DNA from: an uncultured bacterium
GTDB lineage: Bacteria; Bacillota; Clostridia; Christensenellales; QALW01
Direction: 5' to 3'
DNA length: 64,000 bases
NCBI GenBank assembly: GCA_905214315.1
Contig: CAJMLN010000002.1
Coordinates: 9,907-73,906 of the forward strand
A program made the translations under genes and the position numbers. The notes under the pieces are model-generated. The model was not told where the DNA came from. It saw only the letters and a program-made list of their open reading frames with translations, and made no database searches. Positions 36,348 to 47,243 of the stretch are shown here, in pieces; position 1 is the first letter of the stretch; each line of letters starts with the position of its first letter.

Positions 36348-36917
36348 ATGAGTATATTGGAGCTGTTTATTCTTGCCCTTGGGCTTTCGATGGACGCCTT
36401 TGCCGTCTCCCTGTGCAAGGGGCTTTCGGTAAAAAGAGTGCGGCTGCGCCACGGGGTGATTACCGGGCTGTATTTCGGAGGCTTTCAGGCCCTGATGCCG
36501 CTTTTGGGATATTTGCTGGGCACTGGATTTCAGAGTATTATTGAGGATTTTGACCACTGGATCGCCTTTGTGCTGCTGGCTATTATCGGCGGAAATATGA
36601 TTCGTGAGGCGTTTCAAAAGGAAGAGGAGGCGATGAGCGATTCCTTCGGCTTTAAAACAATGCTGCTGATGGCCGTTGCTACCAGCATCGACGCGCTGGC
36701 CTCGGGCATTGCCATTTCCTTTTTAGAGCTCTCCAAAATGCTTACGGCCGCGGCGTTTATCGGGATAACGACGTTTCTTCTCTCCTTTGCGGGCGTGTTC
36801 ATCGGCCAGAGATTCGGCAAAAAATTTAAAGCGAAAGCCGAATTTGCCGGGGGGCTGATCCTGATTCTGCTGGGCGCCAAAATTCTGCTGGAGCACCTGG
36901 GGCTGCTTGCCTTTTAA
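36348..36917 (+). CDS. mntP: Manganese efflux pump MntP
   Basis: 189 aa, six hydrophobic segments, paired LSMDAFAVS / TSIDALASGIA motifs of the MntP/YebN family. Confidence 0.85.
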   Translation: MSILELFILALGLSMDAFAVSLCKGLSVKRVRLRHGVITGLYFGGFQALMPLLGYLLGTGFQSIIEDFDHWIAFVLLAIIGGNMIREAFQKEEEAMSDSFGFKTMLLMAVATSIDALASGIAISFLELSKMLTAAAFIGITTFLLSFAGVFIGQRFGKKFKAKAEFAGGLILILLGAKILLEHLGLLAF

Positions 36918-36961
36918 AGAAAACCCAAAGCAGCGGATAAAGACGGAAAGAGGAAAAAATC

Positions 36962-37654
36962 ATGGAGCAAAATTTTTCTGCCTCCGGCACGGCGCCGAAG
37001 GATACGTGCAGGCGGGATGAAGCGGCAAAAGCCCCGTCCCGGAAGAAAACCGTTTTCCAAAAAGCTCTTTTTATCGGCAACAGTCTTTTGCTGGGGATGG
37101 GAAGCTATGGCATGTGCGCTTCGGCGCCGGAGAAGGACTGGTTTGCCCGCACGGCCGCGGCCATTTTGCAAAAAAATCCCTCGGCCGTCTTTGACAGGCT
37201 TCATATCGGCAAGGCCGAGCAGCCGGAGTCTCCAGCCGACATGCAGCAGTGGTTTGAAGAAAATCTGGCGCATTTTCTGCCGGATCTGGACCTGATCGTC
37301 CTGCAGATCGGCGATAACGTGACTACGCCCCGGCGGAAGGAACTCTGGGACGCCGGCTGCTCCGGCCTGTTGGGGCGGATCCGCACGCAGTGTCCGCGCG
37401 CCCGCATTCTCCTGATGTTCGGCTGGTACAATTATCCCCTGTGCGGGCCGGCCCTGGAACGCTGCGCCGCCGAATACGGCCTGGAAACCGTGGATATCCG
37501 CGATCTGCACACCAAGGAAAACGAGGGATTTTCGGGACAGAAATATCTTTTGCCCGACGGCACCGCGGCGGAGGTAAAGGAAGCCTGGATCTCTCACCCG
37601 GGAGATCGGGGCATGGAGCAAATTGCCCTGCGGCTGCTGCAGAAGCTGAACTGA
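36962..37654 (+). CDS. SGNH/GDSL-type hydrolase family protein
   Basis: Block I ALFIGNSLLLG (Ser nucleophile), LQIGDNV, and a block V-like SHPGDRGM. 230 aa, no signal peptide. Confidence 0.65.
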   Translation: MEQNFSASGTAPKDTCRRDEAAKAPSRKKTVFQKALFIGNSLLLGMGSYGMCASAPEKDWFARTAAAILQKNPSAVFDRLHIGKAEQPESPADMQQWFEENLAHFLPDLDLIVLQIGDNVTTPRRKELWDAGCSGLLGRIRTQCPRARILLMFGWYNYPLCGPALERCAAEYGLETVDIRDLHTKENEGFSGQKYLLPDGTAAEVKEAWISHPGDRGMEQIALRLLQKLN

Positions 37655-37719
37655 AAAGCAGCATTTCCGGCTTTTTGATAAAAACCGTTTTTGCCCGATG
37701 CGGCAGAAAAAACTGCCTT

Positions 37720-37742
37720 CCCGCCCGGAGCGGGTTTTTTTC
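37720..37742 (+). terminator. Candidate terminator after the SGNH gene
   Basis: CCCGC-ccgga-GCGGG followed by T7. The stem is short (5 bp) but all GC. Confidence 0.5.
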
Positions 37743-37782
37743 TGCCCAAAACCCGGACCGCGGCCGGAGGGAGGGAAATACT

Positions 37783-37810
37783 TTGCAAAAAAACGGGCCT
37801 GTGTTATAAT
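37783..37810 (+). promoter_or_regulatory. Strong sigma-A-like promoter (extended -10) about 420 nt upstream of uvrB
   Basis: TTGCAA, 16 nt, TGtTATAAT. Confidence 0.5.
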
Positions 37811-38232
37811 AAAGAAAATCCGCGCGGAACGGGAAAAATTTTCTTTTTCTGCAAGAAATAGCAAGCGCTTCCGGAAGGGCTGCTCCGCTGCAGGGCGGCG
37901 TGCAGAAAAACCGGGTTCTATATAAATGATAAAAACCGGAAAAACCGGCGCATACTTTTCTTACCCCGGTGTTGCGGCGTAAATTCTTTTTTTGAAGAAC
38001 CGGCGCGGAAGCAGATATCATCTTCTCCGGCCGGGCGGCCTCTCTTTTTGCGCACAGAGCCCGGGCGGCCAAACGTGCGGCTTGGGAAAACAGCCGCGCA
38101 GGGGGGAGGCTTTTCTGTTCCGCCGGCGGAAAACGTCGTCATTTTCCCCAAAAAACAAAGTTTTTTTAAAACCGAACTTGTTTTTTCTCCTTTCCCGGGA
38201 GATTGCCACACGATAAAAAAAGGAGCGCGTAC

Positions 38233-40179
38233 GTGGAGCAGTTTGAACTTATTTCTTCCTTTCAGCCTACCGGCGATCAGCCCCAGGCGATTGAAAAGCT
38301 GGTGCAGGGCATTGAGGACGGCCTGGACGCCCAGGTTCTTTTGGGCGTTACCGGCTCGGGTAAGACGTTTACAATGGCCAATATTATTCAGCGGGTCAAC
38401 CGACCCACGCTGGTGCTGGCGCACAACAAAACGCTGGCCGCGCAGCTCTACAGCGAATTCAAAGAGTTTTTTCCCAAAAACGCGGTGGAATACTTTGTAA
38501 GCTTTTACGACTATTACCAGCCTGAGGCCTATATTCCCCAAACGGATACGTATATTGAAAAGGATTCCTCTATCAATGAGGAAATCGAAAAGCTGCGGCA
38601 CAGCGCCACTTGCTCCCTGCAGGAGCGGCGGGACGTCATTGTGGTGGCGTCGGTCTCCTGCATCTACGGTCTGGGCGATCCGGCGGCCTACCGGGAAATG
38701 TCGGTTTCCCTGCGGCCGGGCATGGCCTGTGAGCGCAACCAGCTGCTGGTAAAGCTGGTGGGTATGCAGTATGAGCGCAACGACGTGGACTTTGTGCGCG
38801 GCACCTTCCGCGTGCGGGGCGACTGCGTGGAGCTTCTGCCCGCCCAGCAGAGCGAAAAAGCCATCCGCATTGAGTTTTTCGGCGATGAAATTGACCGCCT
38901 CTGCGAGGTGGACGTCGTAACCGGCCGCGTGCTGGCCACCCTGCAGCACTGCGCCATCTTTCCCAATACCCACTATGCCGCCGACGCCGGCCAGCTGGAG
39001 CGGGCCATGGAAAATATCAGAGCCGATCTGGAGCTGCGGCTGGAGGAGCTGAACAGGGCCGGCAAGCTTTTGGAGGCCGAGCGACTGGAACAGCGCACGC
39101 GGTATGATTTGGAGATGATTGCCGAGCTGGGCTACTGCTCGGGCATTGAAAATTATTCCCGGTATCTGGACGGCCGCCGGGAGGGCGAGCCGCCCTATAC
39201 GCTGCTGGATTACTTTCCGCGGGATTTTTTGGTGATTATTGACGAATCCCATGTAACGGTGCCGCAAATGCGCGCAATGTATGCGGGCGACCGTTCGCGC
39301 AAGCAGATGCTGGTGGATTACGGCTTTCGCCTGCCCGCCGCCTTTGACAACCGCCCCCTGCGCTTTGAAGAGGCCGCGGCCCGCTTGCGGCAGACGCTGT
39401 TTGTTTCCGCCACCCCCGCCGAATACGAGCTGGAGCGCGCCGGCCAGGTGGCCGAACAGATCATTCGCCCCACGGGGCTGTTGGACCCGGAGATTTCCGT
39501 GCGGCCGATCAAGGGACAGATCGACGATTTGATAGAGGAAATTCAGGCCACAACCCAAAAGGGTTATCGCACGTTGGTTACCACGCTTACCAAACGCATG
39601 GCCGAAATGCTGACGGACTATTTAAAGGAAACGGGCCTGCGCGTGGAATATATGCACTCGGAAATTCACACGCTGGAGCGCGTGGAGATTCTGCGCAACT
39701 TGCGGCTGGGAAAGTTCGACGTTTTGGTGGGCATCAATCTGCTGCGCGAGGGGTTGGATTTGCCCGAAGTAGCGCTGATTGCGATTTTGGACGCCGATAA
39801 GGAAGGCTTTTTGCGCTCCCAGCGCTCGCTGATACAGACGATTGGCCGCGGCGCGCGGAACGCCGAGGGGCGCGTCATCATGTACGCCGATACCGTTACC
39901 GATTCGATGAAGGGCGCCATTGAGGAAACGCGCCGCCGCAGGGAAATCCAAATGCGGTATAATGAAGAGCACGGCATTACGCCCAAAACGATTATCAAGC
40001 CCATTGCCGATTTAATTGAAATTACCGGCGCGGCCGAAGAGGGAGCGCCGCCGGAGAACCCGCGTGACCGCATCCGCACCCTGGAAGAGGAGATGCTGCG
40101 GTACGCCAAGAATCTGGAGTTTGAAAAAGCCGCAAAAATCCGCGATACTTTAAAAATGCTTTATGAGGAAGAGATATGA
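38233..40179 (+). CDS. uvrB: Excinuclease ABC subunit B
   Basis: [17 protein letters not shown]...[12 protein letters not shown] and a C-terminal UVR domain ([11 protein letters not shown]). The GTG at 38233 has AAGGAG 7 nt upstream. The track start at 38203 has no SD. Confidence 0.95.
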   Translation: MEQFELISSFQPTGDQPQAIEKLVQGIEDGLDAQVLLGVTGSGKTFTMANIIQRVNRPTLVLAHNKTLAAQLYSEFKEFFPKNAVEYFVSFYDYYQPEAYIPQTDTYIEKDSSINEEIEKLRHSATCSLQERRDVIVVASVSCIYGLGDPAAYREMSVSLRPGMACERNQLLVKLVGMQYERNDVDFVRGTFRVRGDCVELLPAQQSEKAIRIEFFGDEIDRLCEVDVVTGRVLATLQHCAIFPNTHYAADAGQLERAMENIRADLELRLEELNRAGKLLEAERLEQRTRYDLEMIAELGYCSGIENYSRYLDGRREGEPPYTLLDYFPRDFLVIIDESHVTVPQMRAMYAGDRSRKQMLVDYGFRLPAAFDNRPLRFEEAAARLRQTLFVSATPAEYELERAGQVAEQIIRPTGLLDPEISVRPIKGQIDDLIEEIQATTQKGYRTLVTTLTKRMAEMLTDYLKETGLRVEYMHSEIHTLERVEILRNLRLGKFDVLVGINLLREGLDLPEVALIAILDADKEGFLRSQRSLIQTIGRGARNAEGRVIMYADTVTDSMKGAIEETRRRREIQMRYNEEHGITPKTIIKPIADLIEITGAAEEGAPPENPRDRIRTLEEEMLRYAKNLEFEKAAKIRDTLKMLYEEEI

Positions 40180-42998
40180 GAGACAGCATCATTATTAAGG
40201 GCGCTAAAACCCATAATTTAAAAAACGTAACCGTGGAAATTCCGCGCAATAAAATGGTGGTTTTTACCGGGCTTTCCGGCTCAGGCAAGAGCTCGCTGGC
40301 GTTTGACACCCTTTACGCCGAGGGACAGCGGCGGTATGTGGAGAGTCTTTCCTCCTACGCCCGCCAGTTTTTAGGGCAGATGGAAAAGCCGGACGTGGAA
40401 TCCATCGAAGGGCTTTCGCCGGCCATCAGCATCGACCAAAAAACCACCAACAACAACCCCCGCTCCACCGTGGGTACCGTTACCGAAATTCACGATTACC
40501 TGCGTTTGCTCTATGCCCGCATCGGCGTGGCCCACTGCCCCAAGTGCGGCAAGGAGATACAAAAGCAGACGGTGGACCAGATGGTGCAGGCCGTGCTGGA
40601 GCAGCCTGAAGGCACGCGGATCCAGGTGCTGGCGCCGGTGGTGCGCGGCCGCAAGGGCGAACATGTAAAACTGTTGGAGAGCCTGCAAAAAAGCGGCTAT
40701 ATCCGTGTAAAAATTGACGGCGAGCTGTACGAGCTGGGCGAGGAAATCAAGCTGGAGAAAAACAACAAGCACCATATTTCCGTGGTAATCGACCGGCTGG
40801 TGGTGCGCGCGGATATCCGCTCGCGCCTGACGGATTCCTTAGAGGCCGCGCTGAAGCTGGCCGAGGGCTTGGCCGTGGTGGATATTTTGGGGCAAAAGGA
40901 GCTGCTGTTTTCCCAAAATTATGCCTGCCCGGACTGCAATATCAGTATTGAAGAGCTGGAGCCGCGGCTGTTTTCGTTTAACTCCCCCTTCGGCGCCTGC
41001 CCGGAATGTACCGGCATCGGCAGTATTATGCGGGTGGACCCCGGCCTGGTGGTACACGATGAAACGCTCTCGTTAAACGAGGGCGCCATCCGCGTTTCCG
41101 GCTGGTTTGTGATGGGAACCGATACCATGAACCGCATGTACTATCAGGGATTGGCCGCGCATTATGGGTTTTCCCTGGACACGCCGTTTTGTGAGCTTGA
41201 GGAAAGGATACAGAAGGTTATTCTATACGGCTCCGGCAGCGAGGAAATTGATTTTCAGATTACCACTAATCGCCATTCCCGTTCGTTCCATCAGCCGTTT
41301 GAGGGCATCATTCCGCAGCTGGAGCGCCGGTTCCGCGAAACGCAGAGCGAGGGCGTCAAGCGGGATCTGGAGCAGCTGATGACCAGCAGCCCCTGCCATG
41401 CCTGCGGCGGACGGCGGTATAAGCCGGAGGCCCTGGCCGTTACGGTAAACGGCAAAAATATTTTTGAAATCAGCGACATGCCCATTTGGCAGACCCATGC
41501 CTTTTTGAAGACGCTGACGCTGGGCGCCAAGGACACGATGATTGCCGAGCGCATTTTAAAGGAGCTGGACGCGCGTCTTTCGTTCCTGGAAAACGTGGGG
41601 CTGGACTATCTCTCCCTGACGCGTTCGGCCTGCACGCTTTCAGGCGGGGAATCCCAGCGTATCCGGCTGGCCACGCAGATCGGCGCGGGCTTAATGGGCG
41701 TATTATATATTCTGGACGAGCCCAGCATCGGCCTGCACCAGCGGGATAACGAAAAGCTGCTGGCCTCTTTAAAGGGGCTGCGGGATCTGGGCAACACGCT
41801 GGTGGTGGTGGAGCACGACGAGGATACGATCCGTCAGGCCGATTACGTGGTGGATATCGGCCCCGGCGCGGGCGCGGGCGGCGGCCATGTGGTGTGCGCG
41901 GGCACGCCCGAGGAGATTATGGCCTGTCCGGAATCGCTTACGGGCGCCTATCTCTCGGGCCGGCTGACGATTCCCGTTCCCGGCAAGAGAAGAGAACCCC
42001 GCGGCTATATTACCGTAAAGGAGGCGGCCGCCAACAATTTAAAAAATGTCACCGTAAAAATCCCGCTGGGGGTCATTACCGCGGTTACCGGCGTTTCCGG
42101 CTCGGGCAAAAGCTCTCTGGTAAACGAGGTTTTATATAAAACGCTGGCGCGCAAGCTGAACCGGGCGCATCTTCCGCCCGCGCCCTGCCGCGACGTTGAA
42201 GGCACCGAGCAGCTGGATAAGGTGATCGTAATTGACCAAAGCCCCATCGGCCGAACGCCGCGCTCGAACCCGGCCACCTATACCGGGGTGTTTGACCATA
42301 TCCGCGCGCTGTTTGCCCAGACCCAGGACGCCAAAATGCGTGGCTACAGCAACGGCCGTTTCAGCTTTAACGTAAAGGGCGGCCGGTGCGAGGCCTGCAG
42401 CGGTGACGGCATCATTAAAATTGAAATGCACTTTATGCCCGATATCTACGTGCCCTGCGAGGTCTGCGGCGGCAAGCGATATTCCAAGGAGACGCTGGAG
42501 GTGCGCTACAAGGGTAAAAATATCTTTGAGGTGCTGGATATGACCGTGGAGGAGGCTGTGGGCTTTTTTGAGAATATCCCGCAGATCCACCGCAAAATTC
42601 AGCTGCTCTACGATGTGGGGCTGGGCTACATCAAGCTGGGGCAGCCCTCCACGATGCTCTCCGGCGGCGAGGCCCAGCGCGTAAAGCTGGCCACCGAGCT
42701 CTCCCGCCGGCCTACGGGCAAAACCATTTATATTTTGGATGAACCGACTACCGGCCTGCATACCGACGACGTAAAAAAGCTGGTGGCAATTCTGGACCGG
42801 CTGGTGGCCGGCGGCAACACGGTGGTGGTTATTGAGCACAATCTGGACATCATCAAAATTGCCGATCACTGCATCGACATGGGACCCGAGGGCGGCGTAA
42901 ACGGCGGCACCGTGATCGCCCAGGGCACGCCGGAGGAGCTGACCCGGGTGCCCCGGAGCCATACCGGGCGCTTTTTAAAGAAAATACTGGAGGGATAA
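40176..42998 (+). CDS. uvrA: Excinuclease ABC subunit A
   Basis: 940 aa. Two ABC ATPase modules ([24 protein letters not shown]) and Zn-finger CxxC pairs. The ATG overlaps the uvrB stop (ATGA). Confidence 0.97.
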   Translation: MRDSIIIKGAKTHNLKNVTVEIPRNKMVVFTGLSGSGKSSLAFDTLYAEGQRRYVESLSSYARQFLGQMEKPDVESIEGLSPAISIDQKTTNNNPRSTVGTVTEIHDYLRLLYARIGVAHCPKCGKEIQKQTVDQMVQAVLEQPEGTRIQVLAPVVRGRKGEHVKLLESLQKSGYIRVKIDGELYELGEEIKLEKNNKHHISVVIDRLVVRADIRSRLTDSLEAALKLAEGLAVVDILGQKELLFSQNYACPDCNISIEELEPRLFSFNSPFGACPECTGIGSIMRVDPGLVVHDETLSLNEGAIRVSGWFVMGTDTMNRMYYQGLAAHYGFSLDTPFCELEERIQKVILYGSGSEEIDFQITTNRHSRSFHQPFEGIIPQLERRFRETQSEGVKRDLEQLMTSSPCHACGGRRYKPEALAVTVNGKNIFEISDMPIWQTHAFLKTLTLGAKDTMIAERILKELDARLSFLENVGLDYLSLTRSACTLSGGESQRIRLATQIGAGLMGVLYILDEPSIGLHQRDNEKLLASLKGLRDLGNTLVVVEHDEDTIRQADYVVDIGPGAGAGGGHVVCAGTPEEIMACPESLTGAYLSGRLTIPVPGKRREPRGYITVKEAAANNLKNVTVKIPLGVITAVTGVSGSGKSSLVNEVLYKTLARKLNRAHLPPAPCRDVEGTEQLDKVIVIDQSPIGRTPRSNPATYTGVFDHIRALFAQTQDAKMRGYSNGRFSFNVKGGRCEACSGDGIIKIEMHFMPDIYVPCEVCGGKRYSKETLEVRYKGKNIFEVLDMTVEEAVGFFENIPQIHRKIQLLYDVGLGYIKLGQPSTMLSGGEAQRVKLATELSRRPTGKTIYILDEPTTGLHTDDVKKLVAILDRLVAGGNTVVVIEHNLDIIKIADHCIDMGPEGGVNGGTVIAQGTPEELTRVPRSHTGRFLKKILEG

Positions 42999-43000
42999 TT

Positions 43001-43681
43001 TTGAAAGGACGGGCAAAGAACATTTTTTGGGGCCTCTGCTTTCTTCTGGCCGGCGTCGGCCTGTTGGGGGACTGGTTCGCCTGGTGGGGCGGTTTTTCCT
43101 TCGGCGAGCTGCTTCTGCAATGCTGGTGGGCGCTGCTTCTGCTGCTTTTGGGCATCTCTTCGCTGCTGGAGAGCGTCAACGCGGGAAGCCTGATCCTGAC
43201 CCTGGTGGGCGCGGCGAGCATGGCGTACTGCCTTTTAAAAGACGCCGAGGCGTTCCGACTGATCTTTCCGGGCGCGGCGATTATCATCGGCCTGTGCCTT
43301 ATCTTCGGCAAAAGAAAGAAGCCCGAAGCCCCGGTGCAGGAAACGGGAACTGCCGCGGCGCCGGAGGGCGAGTATACCGCCTGCTTTTCGGGGCGGAACG
43401 TGAACCTCCGGAATGCGGAGCTTAACGGCGGCTTCAAGGCCGCGGCGGTATTCGGCGGCCTGGATATCGATTTGCGCGGCGCGGTTATTCGGGAGGATAT
43501 TACGCTGAGGCTCACCGCAGTGTTCGGCGGCATCGACGTGTTCGCGCCGGAAAGCGTCAATATAAAGACGACGGGCTCCTCCTTTTTAGGCGGCTGTGAA
43601 AACAAGACGGCACAGCAGCAGGGACGGCCCACGGTCACGGTGGAATACAGCTGCGTCTTCGGCGGTATTGAGATTAAGTAA
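43001..43681 (+). CDS. LiaF-like (DUF2154) membrane protein
   Basis: N-terminal TM helices. C-terminal repeats ...AVFGGLDIDLRGA..., ...AVFGGIDVFAP... and ...CVFGGIEIK, as in the LiaF C-terminal domain. TTG start with GGAGGG 6 nt upstream. Confidence 0.65.
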   Translation: MKGRAKNIFWGLCFLLAGVGLLGDWFAWWGGFSFGELLLQCWWALLLLLLGISSLLESVNAGSLILTLVGAASMAYCLLKDAEAFRLIFPGAAIIIGLCLIFGKRKKPEAPVQETGTAAAPEGEYTACFSGRNVNLRNAELNGGFKAAAVFGGLDIDLRGAVIREDITLRLTAVFGGIDVFAPESVNIKTTGSSFLGGCENKTAQQQGRPTVTVEYSCVFGGIEIK

Positions 43682-44054
43682 AATTCCGAAAACTCCTATA
43701 AATATAGCATAAAAATTGCTTGTCAACGAAAAAATCACAAAGAAATTTATAAAAATCAAAATGTACCTGGGTACATAAGCAATGCCCCCGACTGAGTCGG
43801 GGGCAATCAGTTGCGGCATAAAAAAAAAGGAGTGCTGCGCACTCACTTTATATACCGTCTGCGGGCGGGTTAGACGAAGACAGCGGCGAAAAGCAGCTCT
43901 TCTGCCAACGCCTGTGAGCAGGCTTTTATTGCTCTCTGTGATATAAAAAACAGGCTGAAGATACCGCTCGTTTGCAGGTTGAATGGAACGGTTCAGCCGC
44001 CTGAAAATGAGCAAGGAAAAATGCGGGAAATTCATTCGGAATTTTCTGCATTGG

Positions 44055-44104
44055 GGGGAAAGAAAACAGAACGGCCCTTTTTAGGAGGAACAGACCGTTC
44101 TGTT
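44055..44104 (-). terminator. Candidate terminator of the FAD-protein gene
   Basis: AACAGAACGG-N20-CCGTTCTGTT at 44065-44104. On the minus strand it is followed by TTCTTTCC. Confidence 0.5.
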
Positions 44105-44116
44105 ATAAGAAGCCGG

Positions 44117-45508
44117 CTAAAACAGCTTTCTGCCCATATACACGCCCATGGCTGAGGCCATCATCAGCCCGCGGGTCCAGCCGCTGGAATCGCCCAGACA
44201 GTACAGACCGGAAATGCTGGTGGTAAGATCTCTGTCCATTTTTACGCGGTTGCTGTAGAACTTCAGCTCGGGAGAATACAGCAGCGTTTCGGTAGAGGCG
44301 AAGCCCGGCACCACGTGATCCAGCGCTTTGATGAAATTGATAATATTCATCATGGCCCTGTATGGCATGGCGGCCGTGATATCACCGGCTACCGCGTCGG
44401 GCAGCGTGGGCTTTAAATTGGACTGTGCCAGTTCCTTCTGCCAGGTGCGCTTGCCGTCCAAAATATCGCCGAAGCGCTGTACCAGAATATGGCCTGCGCC
44501 CAGCATGTTGGCCAGCTCCCCTACTTTTTGGGCGTATTCAATCGGCTGGTTGAACGGCACCGAAAAGTTGTGCGAAACCAGAATGGCCAGATTGGTGTTG
44601 TTGGATTTTAATTCCTTGTAGGAATGGCCGTTGACCACGGCCAGGTCATTATCGTAATTCTCCTGGCTGACAAAGCCGCCGGGATTTTGGCAGAACGTGC
44701 GCACCTTGTTTTTAAAGGGCTGCGGATAGCCGATGAGCTTGGATTCATACAGCACTTCGTTTACTTTTTCCATGATTTCGTTGCGGACCTCCACGCGCAC
44801 GCCGATATCCACCGTGCCCGGCTCGTGGGCGATGCCGTGCTCGGCGCAGATGTGCTCCAGCCATTCGGCGCCCCGGCGGCCAGTGGCCACCACGACGCTC
44901 TGCGCGTGGATTTCAAACTCCTCTTTGCCGTTGGTCACATAGGCGCCGCTGCAGGTGCTGCCGGAGAGAATCAGGTTGGTGCATTCATAACCAAAGAGCA
45001 TTTCTACGCCGTTTTGCAGCAGGTACTGCTCGATGGCGTAATAGATGTTCTGTGCCTTTTCCGTACCCAGATGGCGGATCGGACAGTCCACCAGCTTTAA
45101 GCCCGCCTGAATGGCGCGCTTGCGGATCTGCTTCACTTCTTCATCGTTGCCCACGCCCTCCACCTTGGTATCGGCGCCGAATTCCAGATAGATGGAATCG
45201 GCATAGCGGATCAGCGCCTGCGCTTCCTCTTCGCCCACCAGGTTGGGGAAATCGCCGCCTACGTCGGTAGAGAGCGACAGCTTACCGTCGGAGAAGGCAC
45301 CCGCGCCGGAAAAGCCCGTAGTAATATGACAGTAGGGCTTACAGTTCATGCATTGATTGGTTTTGGCCTTGGGGCAGCGTCGTTTTTCCACGGGCTGGCC
45401 CTTTTCTACGATTAAAATACTTTTTTTGCTTCCGTTCTTCAGCATCTCCAGCGCGGTAAAAATCCCGGCCGGGCCGGCGCCGATAATCAGCACGTCCTTG
45501 TTTATCAT
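44117..45508 (-). CDS. FAD-dependent protein (COG2509-type uncharacterised dehydrogenase)
   Basis: DVLIIGAGPAGIFTA dinucleotide-binding fold, then the Cys cluster CPKAKTNQCMNCKPYC typical of this family. 463 aa. Confidence 0.75.
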   Translation of the reverse strand: MINKDVLIIGAGPAGIFTALEMLKNGSKKSILIVEKGQPVEKRRCPKAKTNQCMNCKPYCHITTGFSGAGAFSDGKLSLSTDVGGDFPNLVGEEEAQALIRYADSIYLEFGADTKVEGVGNDEEVKQIRKRAIQAGLKLVDCPIRHLGTEKAQNIYYAIEQYLLQNGVEMLFGYECTNLILSGSTCSGAYVTNGKEEFEIHAQSVVVATGRRGAEWLEHICAEHGIAHEPGTVDIGVRVEVRNEIMEKVNEVLYESKLIGYPQPFKNKVRTFCQNPGGFVSQENYDNDLAVVNGHSYKELKSNNTNLAILVSHNFSVPFNQPIEYAQKVGELANMLGAGHILVQRFGDILDGKRTWQKELAQSNLKPTLPDAVAGDITAAMPYRAMMNIINFIKALDHVVPGFASTETLLYSPELKFYSNRVKMDRDLTTSISGLYCLGDSSGWTRGLMMASAMGVYMGRKLF

Positions 45509-45611
45509 AAAACCGCTCCTTTGCGTATTTTTCGGATCTTTGGCTACTATGCAGCCTAAGCTGTAATTATATAGGAAAAAGCGGGTTTTGTCAATACGGC
45601 CTGCTGAAAAT

Positions 45612-45641
45612 AAAAAAAGCCGCGTGAAAGCGGCTTTTTAT
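45612..45641. terminator. Bidirectional terminator hairpin
   Basis: AAAAAGCCGC-gtgaaa-GCGGCTTTTT at 45614-45639. It lies downstream of the VWA gene on the minus strand. Confidence 0.75.
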
Positions 45642-45672
45642 TCAGCTTTAAAAAGGTGCGGAATGTCCGTTT

Positions 45673-47049
45673 TTAAACGAGCAGATCACAGCATTGGAAA
45701 TCCGAATCGATATTGTGCGCGATGATCCTTGCCCGCAGATTCCGGGCATTACACGTGGCCTCAGGTGTTTCGCCTGAAACGTCCAGATCCTCCGGCAGTA
45801 CGAATTTTACGCATTTTACCAGAATATCGCGGCATTCTGGATAGGTGTGCGCGGGGATCGTCATCGTTTTCATTCCGCGCTGATGCTCGTTGCCCTCCTG
45901 GTCGACTTCGGTTAAAATTACACCCAGCGCCACACGCCGGTTAGGACAAACGTGCTTCAGGTTGATGTCCAGCTGCAGAATACGTCCTGTGGATTCCAGA
46001 TAGACGTTGCCTGCGTCGAAGACAACCGAATCCTCACAGCCGTCAACGGTTACGTCCACGGGAAGCGGGCATGGCTCGGGCCGCACAACGGAGCCGCAGT
46101 CTACCGTGACCTCCGGTTTAGGGAAGGTCGCTTGGTTGTTTTCGCTGTCCGTATAGGTGATGGACTCATTGACAAGCTTGGTGCCGGAGGTATCGGCCGT
46201 ATGGCGGATCAGGAACTCCAGCGTTGCACCCTCGTTTCCGGTTGTTCCCAGTTCATCGATAGTCCATTTCAGCGTAGTGGGGTTAATCATGCTGGCAACG
46301 CCCTTGGTCGGCATCAGAATACTGGTGATGATAAAATCGGAATTTACGACCTCGTCAATTACAATATTCGTTGCGCCGGGCTTGGAGATGTTGGCGGCCA
46401 GATCCTCAAACAGATCTTCCAAATCCGCGTCGGTAGGGGTGATCGCCACATGGGAAGCGTCGGGGTCGGTAGCCCAGTCGTTGAGGACGTCGGGGTTGAT
46501 GCCGTCGGCGCCGATTAAGCCGATGCAGTAGATAACAATGCCTGCCGCACGGGCTGCCGCGGCAATCGGACTGGGATTCGGCCCGGCGGTTGTTTCGCCG
46601 TCGGTAAACATGACCATGACCTTGGCGTTTGAGGAAGCGGGATCAAACAGCGCGGCGGCCTTGGTAAAGGCGTCGGCATGGTTGGTAGAACCGCCGGCTG
46701 TAAGGCCGTTTACGGCTGCTTTTAAATCCGCAACAGAGGTGATCAGCTTGGTGTTCTGCACGGCTGTATCGGCAAAGCTTACAATGCCGATGCGGCTGCC
46801 TGAGCCGATGACGCCGTTGGCCGTGCCGTCGGTGGCCTCTTCAATGATATCGATGAATTTGTCGGCGCCTAATTTCAGGTTTGCCAGCGGACTGCCCGCC
46901 ATGCTGCCTGAACGATCCAGGATCAAAACGATATCGGTGGGATTGGTACTGATATCCGGCGCCGCCGCCAAAGCAAGCGTTACCTTTAAGGATCCTGTGC
47001 AGTCGATTTGATCAGTGCTGATGAATTTATTAGAATTGGTTAAACCCAT
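45673..47049 (-). CDS. Leaderless von Willebrand factor A domain protein with a Cys-rich C-terminal region
   Basis: MIDAS motif ILDRSGSM...GGSTN...FTDGE. A middle beta-sandwich-like segment. The last ~150 aa carry at least 10 Cys and end in CCDLLV. No signal peptide. SD GAAGGAG. Confidence 0.75.
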   Translation of the reverse strand: MGLTNSNKFISTDQIDCTGSLKVTLALAAAPDISTNPTDIVLILDRSGSMAGSPLANLKLGADKFIDIIEEATDGTANGVIGSGSRIGIVSFADTAVQNTKLITSVADLKAAVNGLTAGGSTNHADAFTKAAALFDPASSNAKVMVMFTDGETTAGPNPSPIAAAARAAGIVIYCIGLIGADGINPDVLNDWATDPDASHVAITPTDADLEDLFEDLAANISKPGATNIVIDEVVNSDFIITSILMPTKGVASMINPTTLKWTIDELGTTGNEGATLEFLIRHTADTSGTKLVNESITYTDSENNQATFPKPEVTVDCGSVVRPEPCPLPVDVTVDGCEDSVVFDAGNVYLESTGRILQLDINLKHVCPNRRVALGVILTEVDQEGNEHQRGMKTMTIPAHTYPECRDILVKCVKFVLPEDLDVSGETPEATCNARNLRARIIAHNIDSDFQCCDLLV

Positions 47050-47243
47050 AAAAATTTCTCCTTCAGATATTTAAGGTGAAAAATTCACCCTTTTTATTGT
47101 ATGCATCACTGGAGAAAAAGGTGTCAGGCCGGTCCGTGTGCTGAATTTTTATCATGTTCCCTATGGACATTGCCTGATTTTTTTGTTATACTACTCTTAA
47201 TAATTCCGCCGCGGTTTATCACGGAGGTTAAAAGGAGTTTTTT

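Noticed and set aside
38161-38200. Possible LexA (Cheo/SOS) box upstream of uvrB: CGAACTTGTTTTTT
   Set aside because: Only the CGAAC half-site is present. The second half (GTTC after 4 nt) is missing, so it is not a supportable SOS box.
37918-39558. 546-aa ORF on the minus strand (also 36914-37864, 37323-38072, 42132-42962 and 42853-43638)
   Set aside because: These ORFs are antisense to uvrB, the SGNH gene, uvrA or the liaF-like gene, or they run through the non-coding spacer. They are Arg/Gly/Pro/Ala-rich with no recognisable motifs or SD. They are shadow ORFs.
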